Shown one piece after another: positions 1 to 8,257 of a stretch of DNA of 64,000 nt. The notes under the pieces are model-generated. The model was not told the origin of the DNA and did not search any database. It was given only the letters and a program-made list of their open reading frames with translations. The stretch is taken from positions 62,001 through 126,000 of IMG/VR virus record IMGVR_UViG_3300032116_014939; one strand, given 5' to 3'. The position numbers and the translations under genes are program-made. How positions within the stretch are numbered: position 1 is the stretch's first letter; each line of letters starts with the position of its first letter.

Positions 1-347
1 ATATATTCAGGGACAATACCTAACACATCATATACCTCTTTACTAATCAATGTATTATATCGTAATAAAGTACCAATGGTATAAGCATTATTACTATTTA
101 ATAAAGGTTCTTCAATTACACATCTAACAACACCAACACCTTTATATTCCTCAAGCTTCTTTCTGAATGTTGCAGACTTAAGAAGTAGTTCCTCCATCTT
201 ATTATCGGGTTGAGGTTTCGGTTGTGGTGAAACATGTGTCAACTCTAATAAATCTCTTGAAGATAAATCAAATAACGCAACACCAATAGTTTTAGTTGAA
301 ACGTCTAAACCCAAAATCTTAGGAGAATTTTTTATACTTTTTGCCAT
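1..347 (-). CDS. RuvC-like Holliday junction resolvase (5' part; runs off the window edge; absent from the ORF track)
   Basis: Manual translation from ATG at 347: MAKSIKNSPKILGLDVSTKTIGVALFD...RCVIEEPLLNSNN. ILGLDxSTxxxG and the downstream IEEP are RuvC/RNase H-fold catalytic motifs. Confidence 0.75.
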   Translation of the reverse strand, partial: MAKSIKNSPKILGLDVSTKTIGVALFDLSSRDLLELTHVSPQPKPQPDNKMEELLLKSATFRKKLEEYKGVGVVRCVIEEPLLNSNNAYTIGTLLRYNTLISKEVYDVLGIVPEY

Positions 348-403
348 ATCTAATATTAGTTATTAGATTTAATATTAAAGTAATTAACTTAATTGTAAAT
401 AAT

Positions 404-2575
404 TTAGAAATCTAACTTAACAACTGCTTGTTGTATACCTTGTCTAACTTGAGGTGATTGGAATTTAGATAATACAAGTAAGTTTTTGTTAGCGTCATAT
501 AATCCTATTTCAGACATATAAGGTGTAACACCTTGTGTCCAAGTAGGATTTGATGAATTTACAAATTGAGCGTTTGGTAAATTTATAAGATATCTCATTT
601 CGTAAATTGTTGCCTGAATATCAGTATTAACATTTCCGTAGAAGAAATATTCATCACCAAAATATAATGTTGACGAACTACCACTAATAGTTGGTAATTC
701 TAATTGATTACCTAAATTATATGTTGCCCCATTAGCATAAGTTGTAGGTGTAATTGTAAATGTTGTTGCCGTAAGACCTGATGGATTGATATAACCACCT
801 GATAATGCGGTAGAATAGTTCATTCTAACCCAATTGTTTGGATTAGGTCTATTCTGAGATGTTGTTCCTGTTTGTGCTAAAATGTAAAAGTCAGTTGCAG
901 AAAATCCTTGTGTTGTACCTGTTGTCATACATTTAAATTCGTTTCCAAATTTAACTGTTACGTTTTGTTCAGTTAGACCACATCCAGTAACAGGCCCAAT
1001 TATCTTTTGATAATAGTTACAATGCATCCCTGTCCAAGGACTATCAAAACCATATGTTACCCATACACATTGATTATCATTGTCAAGTAATCCATCAGTT
1101 GATGTATCGTTACAAAGTCCAGGTGCACTATATCCAAGTTTTGGTGCAGGTAGTGTATAGTTTCTATTTGCAACATAAGTCATTGCCGCAATAATTTCCT
1201 CATCATCAAAAACAATTACCTTATCATCAGGAAATACTTTACCAACTCTACTTGGTCTTCCATCAGGATTTGGGTGAGTATCATATAAATGAAAATACCT
1301 AATACCCGGATTATTCATATCAAGATTTTCATTTGATTGAATATAATAAGGTGTTAATAAATCATATCCATCAAACCCTGGAGGGTCAATCCAAAATGTT
1401 TCTCCACTACAACAACTTATTGGATTTTTATGCCACATTAACCAAGGTAGGTTAATTGTAAAATTCCTTGCTTGTCCTGTTGCACCAGGATTTGTTGTAT
1501 CATATGCCTCACAAGCAAATTTCTCACCATAAAAATTAATTATTGTATTGTTTGTATAGTGAACAATTGAAATTGCTTTTTGTTCTTCAGGGGTTACTAA
1601 TATTTGTTCACCGTATGAATTATAATATGTAACACCTGATGTATCTGTTTGTCCACTTGAAGACATATACCCGTAATATTCTTTGGTACTAATATAATCT
1701 TTGGAACCAAATTCACCATATTGACTATATAATGTGGAAATTAATCCCGCAGGACTTTCAGACCACGGAATATTCATATTCCAAATTTTAACTAACCCAT
1801 CTTCAGGTGTACAAACTGATTCATAATTAATAACACTATCACTCCAATAATTCATAGGTGTCGGTAAATCATAACCTGTCATACCTGATGGGTAGAAAAA
1901 TAATCTAGCTTGACCAGTATTACCTGATAAATTAGGTAATAATCTATCAACAACAAGTTGTGTTGTTCCTGAATTCCAACTCTGAACTTGGTAGGTTAAT
2001 ACAGGATAACAAGAATCAATACATCCACATGAACTTCCACCACTCATAAAAATAGTTACAAGAGTTCCCGCAGAAATAGTTGTTGCTGATACAGAATCAG
2101 GACAAGGATTAGAAATAAGTGTTAAAACTGAAGTGTTACCAGTTAATCCTGATAAGTTTACAACATATTCTGAATTATAGGTATATGCACTTGTATGATA
2201 AGGACTAAAACAAGTAGATGCCGTACTCGCGGTTACAAAGAAACCGTTAGGTGATGCAGTATTAAATACTGACTCATCCGAAGATGCCATAAATGGAATA
2301 CCATAAGTTAGTCCTGAAGAACCTTGTAAATAAAAAGGATATTTTACATCATTTTTAGTTGAGTTAGGAACCCCTGTAGAATTTTGAGCATTATATGACG
2401 GTTCAAGTATTTGAAAATTAGTTATATCATAATTTGTAATTGCATTATAATTAACCTCACTATCTCCGATTTGAAAATAAGAAACATTAAAATTACCTTC
2501 AGAAATTTTTTTACGTCCAGTATCCGTTAATCTTGTAATTAATAATCCTTGATTTTCTTTTATAATATATCCCAT
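404..2575 (-). CDS. Baseplate/tail-fibre attachment structural protein (tail-collar-like termini)
   Basis: N-terminal LTDTGRKKI and C-terminal PYMSEIGLYDANKNLLVLSK resemble the conserved ends of phage tail-collar/fibre-anchoring domains. Ser/Thr/Gly/Cys-rich and in a structural context. Confidence 0.55.
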   Translation of the reverse strand: MGYIIKENQGLLITRLTDTGRKKISEGNFNVSYFQIGDSEVNYNAITNYDITNFQILEPSYNAQNSTGVPNSTKNDVKYPFYLQGSSGLTYGIPFMASSDESVFNTASPNGFFVTASTASTCFSPYHTSAYTYNSEYVVNLSGLTGNTSVLTLISNPCPDSVSATTISAGTLVTIFMSGGSSCGCIDSCYPVLTYQVQSWNSGTTQLVVDRLLPNLSGNTGQARLFFYPSGMTGYDLPTPMNYWSDSVINYESVCTPEDGLVKIWNMNIPWSESPAGLISTLYSQYGEFGSKDYISTKEYYGYMSSSGQTDTSGVTYYNSYGEQILVTPEEQKAISIVHYTNNTIINFYGEKFACEAYDTTNPGATGQARNFTINLPWLMWHKNPISCCSGETFWIDPPGFDGYDLLTPYYIQSNENLDMNNPGIRYFHLYDTHPNPDGRPSRVGKVFPDDKVIVFDDEEIIAAMTYVANRNYTLPAPKLGYSAPGLCNDTSTDGLLDNDNQCVWVTYGFDSPWTGMHCNYYQKIIGPVTGCGLTEQNVTVKFGNEFKCMTTGTTQGFSATDFYILAQTGTTSQNRPNPNNWVRMNYSTALSGGYINPSGLTATTFTITPTTYANGATYNLGNQLELPTISGSSSTLYFGDEYFFYGNVNTDIQATIYEMRYLINLPNAQFVNSSNPTWTQGVTPYMSEIGLYDANKNLLVLSKFQSPQVRQGIQQAVVKLDF

Positions 2576-2601
2576 TGTTTATAATTATCTTTGTTTCATT
2601 T

Positions 2602-4632
2602 TTATTGTGTGTTTTCTTCCGGTGGTGAAGGAGCACTTGGATTACAAATAAGTGACGTATTAGTTAGTGTAATTGGAATTGGTGGTGATGTTTTATTATA
2701 CCTCATATGAACAGTAGATGTTCCAATAGTATAAGTAGGAGGTATGGTTATACAACACTGAGCCCCACTAGGAGTGATTGAATACATTTGAACTGTTACA
2801 ATACCTCGTACATCTTTATTACTACAAAGACCGGATGGATTATTAAATACCCATGCAAAACCACAATTATTTATTTGAATTGTTGACCCAAAAACATTTA
2901 GTGTATAATTTGTTGACTCGTAAACTTTAGTATAAATTACATATGGTGGACAATTACCAACCGCAGGTTGTGTTGTTGATTGGTCAATAATTAAGTTCCA
3001 AGTACCCGATGGTAATAATGGCGATATCCCAATACTTGCCGTGGCACCAGAGTAAAAATATTGATAAGTAATTCTAACTTTACCAATTAGTTGACACGAT
3101 GAAGGTATATTAGATATTACAGTTTTAAAATTCCATTTTTGATTACCACCTGTATTCAAATTAACAAGAGCCCCAGCAGAAAATGCACAATTTGAATACG
3201 TGATAGTTGAAGGTGTTGTTGATGTAATATTAAATGAAACAATATCACTTAAATTACCATCACCGTCTATTACTTGAGCTGTGTGTCCCCCACTACATAA
3301 TCCAAAAAATACAGGTGAGTTTTGTTCAACATCATCAACAAAATAAATATATGGCCCACCAAATGATGAACTAGGTATTAAAGTTACACCACCTTGACAC
3401 TGTGTTGAATTATCACAATAATTTTCAACTTGTACAGTTAATGTAGGTGTTATTGCCGAGCAAACACCTGAAGTCACAATAATTGATGATATACTTGGCC
3501 CAGGTGTAAATGTACCTGAACCGTACCAACCACTATCTTGTGGTTTAATCGCAAAAGGATTTTGAATAGTAAATGAAGAAGTTTGTTCTTGTTGACACTG
3601 TGTTGGTATTGGTAATGGAGCATTATGGTTTTCAACTGAACTTACCCAACTTGTATCCCAAAATAAACTCATTCCTGTAACAGAAATCTCAGAAGGATTA
3701 TCAAGAGTATATAACGGTCTTAAATTGTAGGTTGATGCACTTGTAAAATTCAAATAAAACTCAACACCACAATAATCAAAATTCATACATAATTTATCAG
3801 GATAAATTATCTCAGCAGGATTCTCAACCAAACAAGATGTTGTTGCAGTTTGTGAATAAATTCCAATACCACTATCAACAACAGTTATGTTGTATGTTCC
3901 AGCACTTAAATTAGTAAGTGGTAATGTTATAGAAGAACCTGAGTAATAGTAATTATATGGTGGTGTTCCACCTGTAACATACAATGTTAAACTACCATCA
4001 TTAAATCCATTAATAGTAGGATTTGTAACCTGACACTCAGCATAAATGTTATCAGGTAACTCAGGAATAACACAATCAATAGTTTGTACATTATCACCAT
4101 AATAGTCCGCAACTATTGTTGAGTATGTACCAGGTATAACATCATTATAAAGTAAATATGTATTATTTGTTGGCTCTATAGCTTGACCAATTTGAGTTTC
4201 AGTTCCCGCACTATAAAAACTATATGGTGGTGTACCACCTGTAACAAATAAACTAACTGAACCAGTTGTTGACCCGTCTAATGTTGGGAACACACTATCA
4301 CATTCAACATAGAATGGAAAAATTGTTTTAACAGTACATTCATTTACTGTTGTAAAAATACCTGTACTCTGACTACCAAAATCAATTGTAATACCTGTTG
4401 GACAAGGATTTAATAAAATACAATTAGCACAAGATGTCTGTGCAGTCATACCAACTAAATCATAAATCAAAGGTTCATAAAATAATTCAGGTAATTCAAC
4501 GTATGTTCCACATAACGTATCACCTTGTGTTGTTTCAATATAATAAATTTCATATTCTGAAACAGAACCAGGTATACCATTTACATAGAAATAGTCCTCA
4601 ATATCACAACAATTTTGAAATCCAAAAGCCAT
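2602..4632 (-). CDS. Cys-rich virion structural protein with SprB-like repeats
   Basis: Repeated GSxxLxVTGGTPPY...L.AGTY.ITV.D units typical of Bacteroidota SprB repeats; many Cys residues. Confidence 0.6.
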   Translation of the reverse strand: MAFGFQNCCDIEDYFYVNGIPGSVSEYEIYYIETTQGDTLCGTYVELPELFYEPLIYDLVGMTAQTSCANCILLNPCPTGITIDFGSQSTGIFTTVNECTVKTIFPFYVECDSVFPTLDGSTTGSVSLFVTGGTPPYSFYSAGTETQIGQAIEPTNNTYLLYNDVIPGTYSTIVADYYGDNVQTIDCVIPELPDNIYAECQVTNPTINGFNDGSLTLYVTGGTPPYNYYYSGSSITLPLTNLSAGTYNITVVDSGIGIYSQTATTSCLVENPAEIIYPDKLCMNFDYCGVEFYLNFTSASTYNLRPLYTLDNPSEISVTGMSLFWDTSWVSSVENHNAPLPIPTQCQQEQTSSFTIQNPFAIKPQDSGWYGSGTFTPGPSISSIIVTSGVCSAITPTLTVQVENYCDNSTQCQGGVTLIPSSSFGGPYIYFVDDVEQNSPVFFGLCSGGHTAQVIDGDGNLSDIVSFNITSTTPSTITYSNCAFSAGALVNLNTGGNQKWNFKTVISNIPSSCQLIGKVRITYQYFYSGATASIGISPLLPSGTWNLIIDQSTTQPAVGNCPPYVIYTKVYESTNYTLNVFGSTIQINNCGFAWVFNNPSGLCSNKDVRGIVTVQMYSITPSGAQCCITIPPTYTIGTSTVHMRYNKTSPPIPITLTNTSLICNPSAPSPPEENTQ

Positions 4633-4637
4633 TACTT

Positions 4638-4644
4638 ATAAATA
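4638..4644 (-). promoter_or_regulatory. TATTTAT motif (putative late promoter), representative copy
   Basis: Exact copies also at 8251, 16224, 23934, 36784, 42870, 52107, 54480, 55445 and 60326, each 4-55 nt upstream of a start codon. Confidence 0.55.
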
Positions 4645-4678
4645 ACAAAAAAACTGTTTTTATCCACACTTAATTTAT

Positions 4679-4900
4679 TTAACATGAAAGTATTTGAGTT
4701 GTTTCACAAGAATTACCATCAATAACTTTACAAAACACTGTTGTTGACCCTGTAAGAGATATAGGTAAATTAACAATAACAGGCCAATAAACAGGGTCAT
4801 ATTCCGTTTGAACCAAAGAACAATTATTACCCGCGAAATCACATAAATAAATTTGAAAGGGAGGTGTTCCATTAATATTGGATATTTCAACGTATGTCAT
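4679..4900 (-). CDS. Small Cys-containing structural protein, paralogous to the N-terminal domain of 35773..36777
   Basis: GTPPFQIYLCD...C...KVIDGNSC aligns by eye with [11 protein letters not shown]...C...KIVDSTGC. Confidence 0.65.
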   Translation of the reverse strand: MTYVEISNINGTPPFQIYLCDFAGNNCSLVQTEYDPVYWPVIVNLPISLTGSTTVFCKVIDGNSCETTQILSC

Positions 4901-4909
4901 ATTATATAA

Positions 4910-5788
4910 TTACCAACAAGTTACAATTACTAATCCATTTCCACCTCTCCCACCTGTTCCACCTGTGGTTCCAGCACCTCCACCACCTCCACCACTACCA
5001 GGTCCTCCATCACCACCATTACCACCAGCAACGTTTGCCGAACCTCCTCCTGTACCACCAAGAGATACAAAAGGTTTCCACATAAACATACCGTCAATAC
5101 CTCTACCACCATCTGCTGCACCACCTGCGACATTTTGAACAAACCCTGCACCTGTAATAGAACCTCCAGCTGAGGTCACGTTACCTGCGGTACGACCCGC
5201 ACCTCCACATCCCGAACCAAGTGGGACTACCCCTGTCCCGTATGTGTTTACAGTAGGAACACCAGTTGCACTACCCGCAATACCATTAATACCCGCCCTT
5301 GCAACAAATTCACCTAAGGATGTCATGGCAGCTATGTTAGCCGCTGTGCCAGTACCCCCATTACCTCCTGTACCACCCGCACCTACAGTTCCAGGGTTTC
5401 CACCTGAACCACCGTTAAGACTAATTAGTAGATACGTTTGTGCGTTTCCAACACCTCCAACATTTGTTGCAATTGAAGTTGAACCTCCGTTAGAACCAAC
5501 AGTATTTGCAGCACCTCCAGCCCCACCAGCGCCAACAGTAACTATTAAATTATCAGTTAAAAATATCCTTGGAATAATAATACGGTTAATCGCACCTGAA
5601 CCTCCACCTCCACCACCACCAGCAGCTCCAGTTGCATCTGTAAAACCTCCACCACCACCACCGCCTGGACTTATTAAAACAACATGTACCATAGAAACAC
5701 CGTTAGGTAATGCACAATTATGAACACCCGCACTACTGAAGATTTGTACTTTATGACCAATATTTGTTAAATTATATGCAAAATCCAT
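4910..5788 (-). CDS. Glycine-rich tail-fibre/adhesin-like protein, paralogue 3
   Basis: Poly-Gly GGxGG tracts, conserved GGGGGSGAI.R..IP..FLTD.L.V.VG.GG block, C-terminal GNGLVIVTCW. Confidence 0.65.
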   Translation of the reverse strand: MDFAYNLTNIGHKVQIFSSAGVHNCALPNGVSMVHVVLISPGGGGGGGFTDATGAAGGGGGGGSGAINRIIIPRIFLTDNLIVTVGAGGAGGAANTVGSNGGSTSIATNVGGVGNAQTYLLISLNGGSGGNPGTVGAGGTGGNGGTGTAANIAAMTSLGEFVARAGINGIAGSATGVPTVNTYGTGVVPLGSGCGGAGRTAGNVTSAGGSITGAGFVQNVAGGAADGGRGIDGMFMWKPFVSLGGTGGGSANVAGGNGGDGGPGSGGGGGGAGTTGGTGGRGGNGLVIVTCW

Positions 5789-5798
5789 AGTTATATTT

Positions 5799-6686
5799 TT
5801 ACCAACACTGTATTATTACCAAACCATCACCACCTCTTCCACCAACACCTCCAACACCTGTGGGTGAAGTACCTGCACCACCTCCTCCACCACCACATCC
5901 AATATTACCATTACCACCAGCACCACCTGAAACAGGAGTTGTTCCTCCACCACCACCTCCACTTCCTCCGACAGAATAAAATGGTGTTAATGAAAATACA
6001 CCAGGTGTCCCATCAGATGTTATAGTATTTCCAATACCGCCAGGATTTGTTGGTACAAAACCACCACCTGTCAAATTACCACCGTTTGTTGCCGTAGTCG
6101 CACCTGCTGCCATACCCCCTCCACCAGCACCTGATGTGAATGGTAACCCAATAGTCGCACCATAAGTAACTGAAGTGCCATTTGTAGTTGTTCCGTTACC
6201 ACCACCTTGACCTCCAAGAGCAAACCATTGTCCTAATGTTGAATATAAAGCTTGAGCAACGTTAGCCGCGGTCGCACCAACTCCCCCTGTCGCACCAACA
6301 CCACCTGTTCCCCCTGAAGCAACAACAACAAAAGTAGATACACCATTATTACGTGGAACTGGCATATCAACAGACGTGTTACCTCCCACACTACCTGAAC
6401 CTGCACCTGAGGCTCCACCTGCCCCTCCTAAACCAATATTTATTATAAGTGAATCTGTTACAAACATTTCAGGAATTATTACTCTTGTAATCGCACCTGA
6501 ACCTCCACCTCCACCACCTGACCTTGCGTTAGCGGATGTGTTTGTCGCACCACCAGCACCACCACCTCCAGCACCAATTGCCGTGATAGATAACATAGTT
6601 ATACCAGGTGGTTTTATCCAACTACCCGACTGATAAAACACACTCGTTTTATACGTTGTATCCGCTAAATTATATAAAAAACTCAT
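5799..6686 (-). CDS. Glycine-rich tail-fibre/adhesin-like protein, paralogue 2
   Basis: WIKPPGITMLSITAIGAGGGG...GSGAITRVIIP; C-terminal GDGLVIIQCW. Confidence 0.65.
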   Translation of the reverse strand: MSFLYNLADTTYKTSVFYQSGSWIKPPGITMLSITAIGAGGGGAGGATNTSANARSGGGGGGSGAITRVIIPEMFVTDSLIINIGLGGAGGASGAGSGSVGGNTSVDMPVPRNNGVSTFVVVASGGTGGVGATGGVGATAANVAQALYSTLGQWFALGGQGGGNGTTTNGTSVTYGATIGLPFTSGAGGGGMAAGATTATNGGNLTGGGFVPTNPGGIGNTITSDGTPGVFSLTPFYSVGGSGGGGGGTTPVSGGAGGNGNIGCGGGGGGAGTSPTGVGGVGGRGGDGLVIIQCW

Positions 6687-6698
6687 ATTATATACTTA

Positions 6699-7607
6699 TT
6701 ACCAACATGTAATTATTACCATACCAGGTCCACCATTTCCACCTGTTCCACCTGTGGTTCCAGCACCTCCACCTCCACCTCCACTTCCAATCTCACCCTT
6801 ACCACCAGAACCTCCAGTACCACCAGCAACAGAACCACCACCAGCTCCACCAACACTATAAAAACCTTTTAATCTAGAAGTTCCGCTACCACCATTTTGA
6901 GCACCTCCAGCACCTCCACCTGTACCACCCACAGATGAAGGCATAAATAAAACACCTGAAACATTACCACCATTAAAATTTCCGTTAGCTGCACTTTTTC
7001 CACCTCCAGCGGCTCCTCCTGATACAGTTGTACTATTACCGTTAATTGTCACACTACCACCTATTGCCGCGTTAGCACCTGCGGCACCCGCCTGACCTGC
7101 GATAGATAAAAAAGTCCCTAATGCTTGATAAACAGCGTTAGTCTGTGCACCAATAGCCCCTGCACCACCTCCAGCCGAAGCACCTCCCGCAACACCTACG
7201 TTACCACCTTGACCACCATTAGCCTGTATTACTCTTGTTGCCGCAACGTCACTACCTCTAGCACAATCAACAAAAGTATTACCCGCAGTTGCTCCTCCAC
7301 TACCTCCAGAGCCACCAATACCACCCGCAGCGACAGTTATTTCTAAACTGTCGGTTAAAAAAATCGCAGGAATAGTAAGTCTTGTTATAGCCCCCGAGCC
7401 ACCACCTGAACCACCAGACGCAGCGGTACTAACAGATGAGTTACCTGAACCACCTCCACCACCAGCACCAATTGCCGTGATGTGTATCATGGTAATACCT
7501 CTTGGTTTAATCCAATAAAAAACGCTTGAAGCGGTATTATTACCAATAGGTCCAATAAAGACTTGGTCTTTATATTGATTATCCGCTAAATGATAATAAT
7601 CTATCAT
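6699..7607 (-). CDS. Glycine-rich tail-fibre/adhesin-like protein, paralogue 1
   Basis: WIKPRGITMIHITAIGAGGGG...GSGAITRLTIP; C-terminal GPGMVIITCW. Confidence 0.65.
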   Translation of the reverse strand: MIDYYHLADNQYKDQVFIGPIGNNTASSVFYWIKPRGITMIHITAIGAGGGGGSGNSSVSTAASGGSGGGSGAITRLTIPAIFLTDSLEITVAAGGIGGSGGSGGATAGNTFVDCARGSDVAATRVIQANGGQGGNVGVAGGASAGGGAGAIGAQTNAVYQALGTFLSIAGQAGAAGANAAIGGSVTINGNSTTVSGGAAGGGKSAANGNFNGGNVSGVLFMPSSVGGTGGGAGGAQNGGSGTSRLKGFYSVGGAGGGSVAGGTGGSGGKGEIGSGGGGGGAGTTGGTGGNGGPGMVIITCW

Positions 7608-7613
7608 AATACA

Positions 7614-7802
7614 TTACGCCCATGATGGTGTTACTTTACGTGGTGGCGAATATTTAAATCTATATCCATACGGACCTTCTATAACTAAAGTGTTACCACT
7701 TAAATCAGTTAATCTAAGTAACTCGGTACCTTCATTATTTAACTCTTGGTATCCTTCACTTACAGGACTACCGTATTCAAAAACAATTTCATAGTATATC
7801 AT
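7614..7802 (-). CDS. Small hypothetical protein (62 aa, MIYYEIVFEY...), possible fibre accessory/chaperone
   Basis: Start moved to the ATG at 7802, which overlaps the upstream stop (TAATG coupling) and fills the gap exactly. Confidence 0.55.
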   Translation of the reverse strand: MIYYEIVFEYGSPVSEGYQELNNEGTELLRLTDLSGNTLVIEGPYGYRFKYSPPRKVTPSWA

Positions 7803-8221
7803 TAGTAATCTCCTCCTATAACTGTAGCTTGTATTCCCGCAACAACTGCTGTACCTATGGTACAATACATAATATATCCGGCAGGTAATGCAAAGTTTAA
7901 TGGTAATTCATAGTTTGTTGACGCACTAGTTTGAGACGCAGTATTTGCAGCAATTGTGATTTCATCCCAAATTGTGCTGTTATTGGGAGTTGCCAAAGCG
8001 CCTCCATTATTTATAAAAACCCTAGCCATTGTAGCGGCATTATTCGTGTTAGTGGACTGATGTCTAAATCTTATCTTTTGAACATAACTTCCGTTAGTAT
8101 TCGCACTAAAAACCATATATGAAGTTCCCGCAGACAAGTTACCTGTATTGGCAACCGTCATATTAGTCGTCCACATAATCTCAGGTGTTAGTGTAAAAAT
8201 TGGAGCTGTATTTGCTGGCAT
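7802..8221 (-). CDS. Hypothetical fibre-associated beta-rich protein (139 aa)
   Basis: Clean ORF directly downstream of the giant fibre gene; preceded by a TATTTAT motif. Confidence 0.6.
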   Translation of the reverse strand: MPANTAPIFTLTPEIMWTTNMTVANTGNLSAGTSYMVFSANTNGSYVQKIRFRHQSTNTNNAATMARVFINNGGALATPNNSTIWDEITIAANTASQTSASTNYELPLNFALPAGYIMYCTIGTAVVAGIQATVIGGDY

Positions 8222-8257
8222 ATTATTATATTAGTTTAATTTCTTTTATTATAAATA

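Noticed and set aside
4878-6633. Plus-strand proline-rich ORFs (4878..5138, 5244..5723, 6376..6633)
   Set aside because: Antisense shadows of the glycine-rich genes.
4910-7607. Diversity-generating retroelement or invertible shufflon acting on the three paralogues
   Set aside because: No reverse transcriptase, invertase, adenine-specific TR/VR pair or inverted crossover sites seen; the paralogues are diverged throughout.
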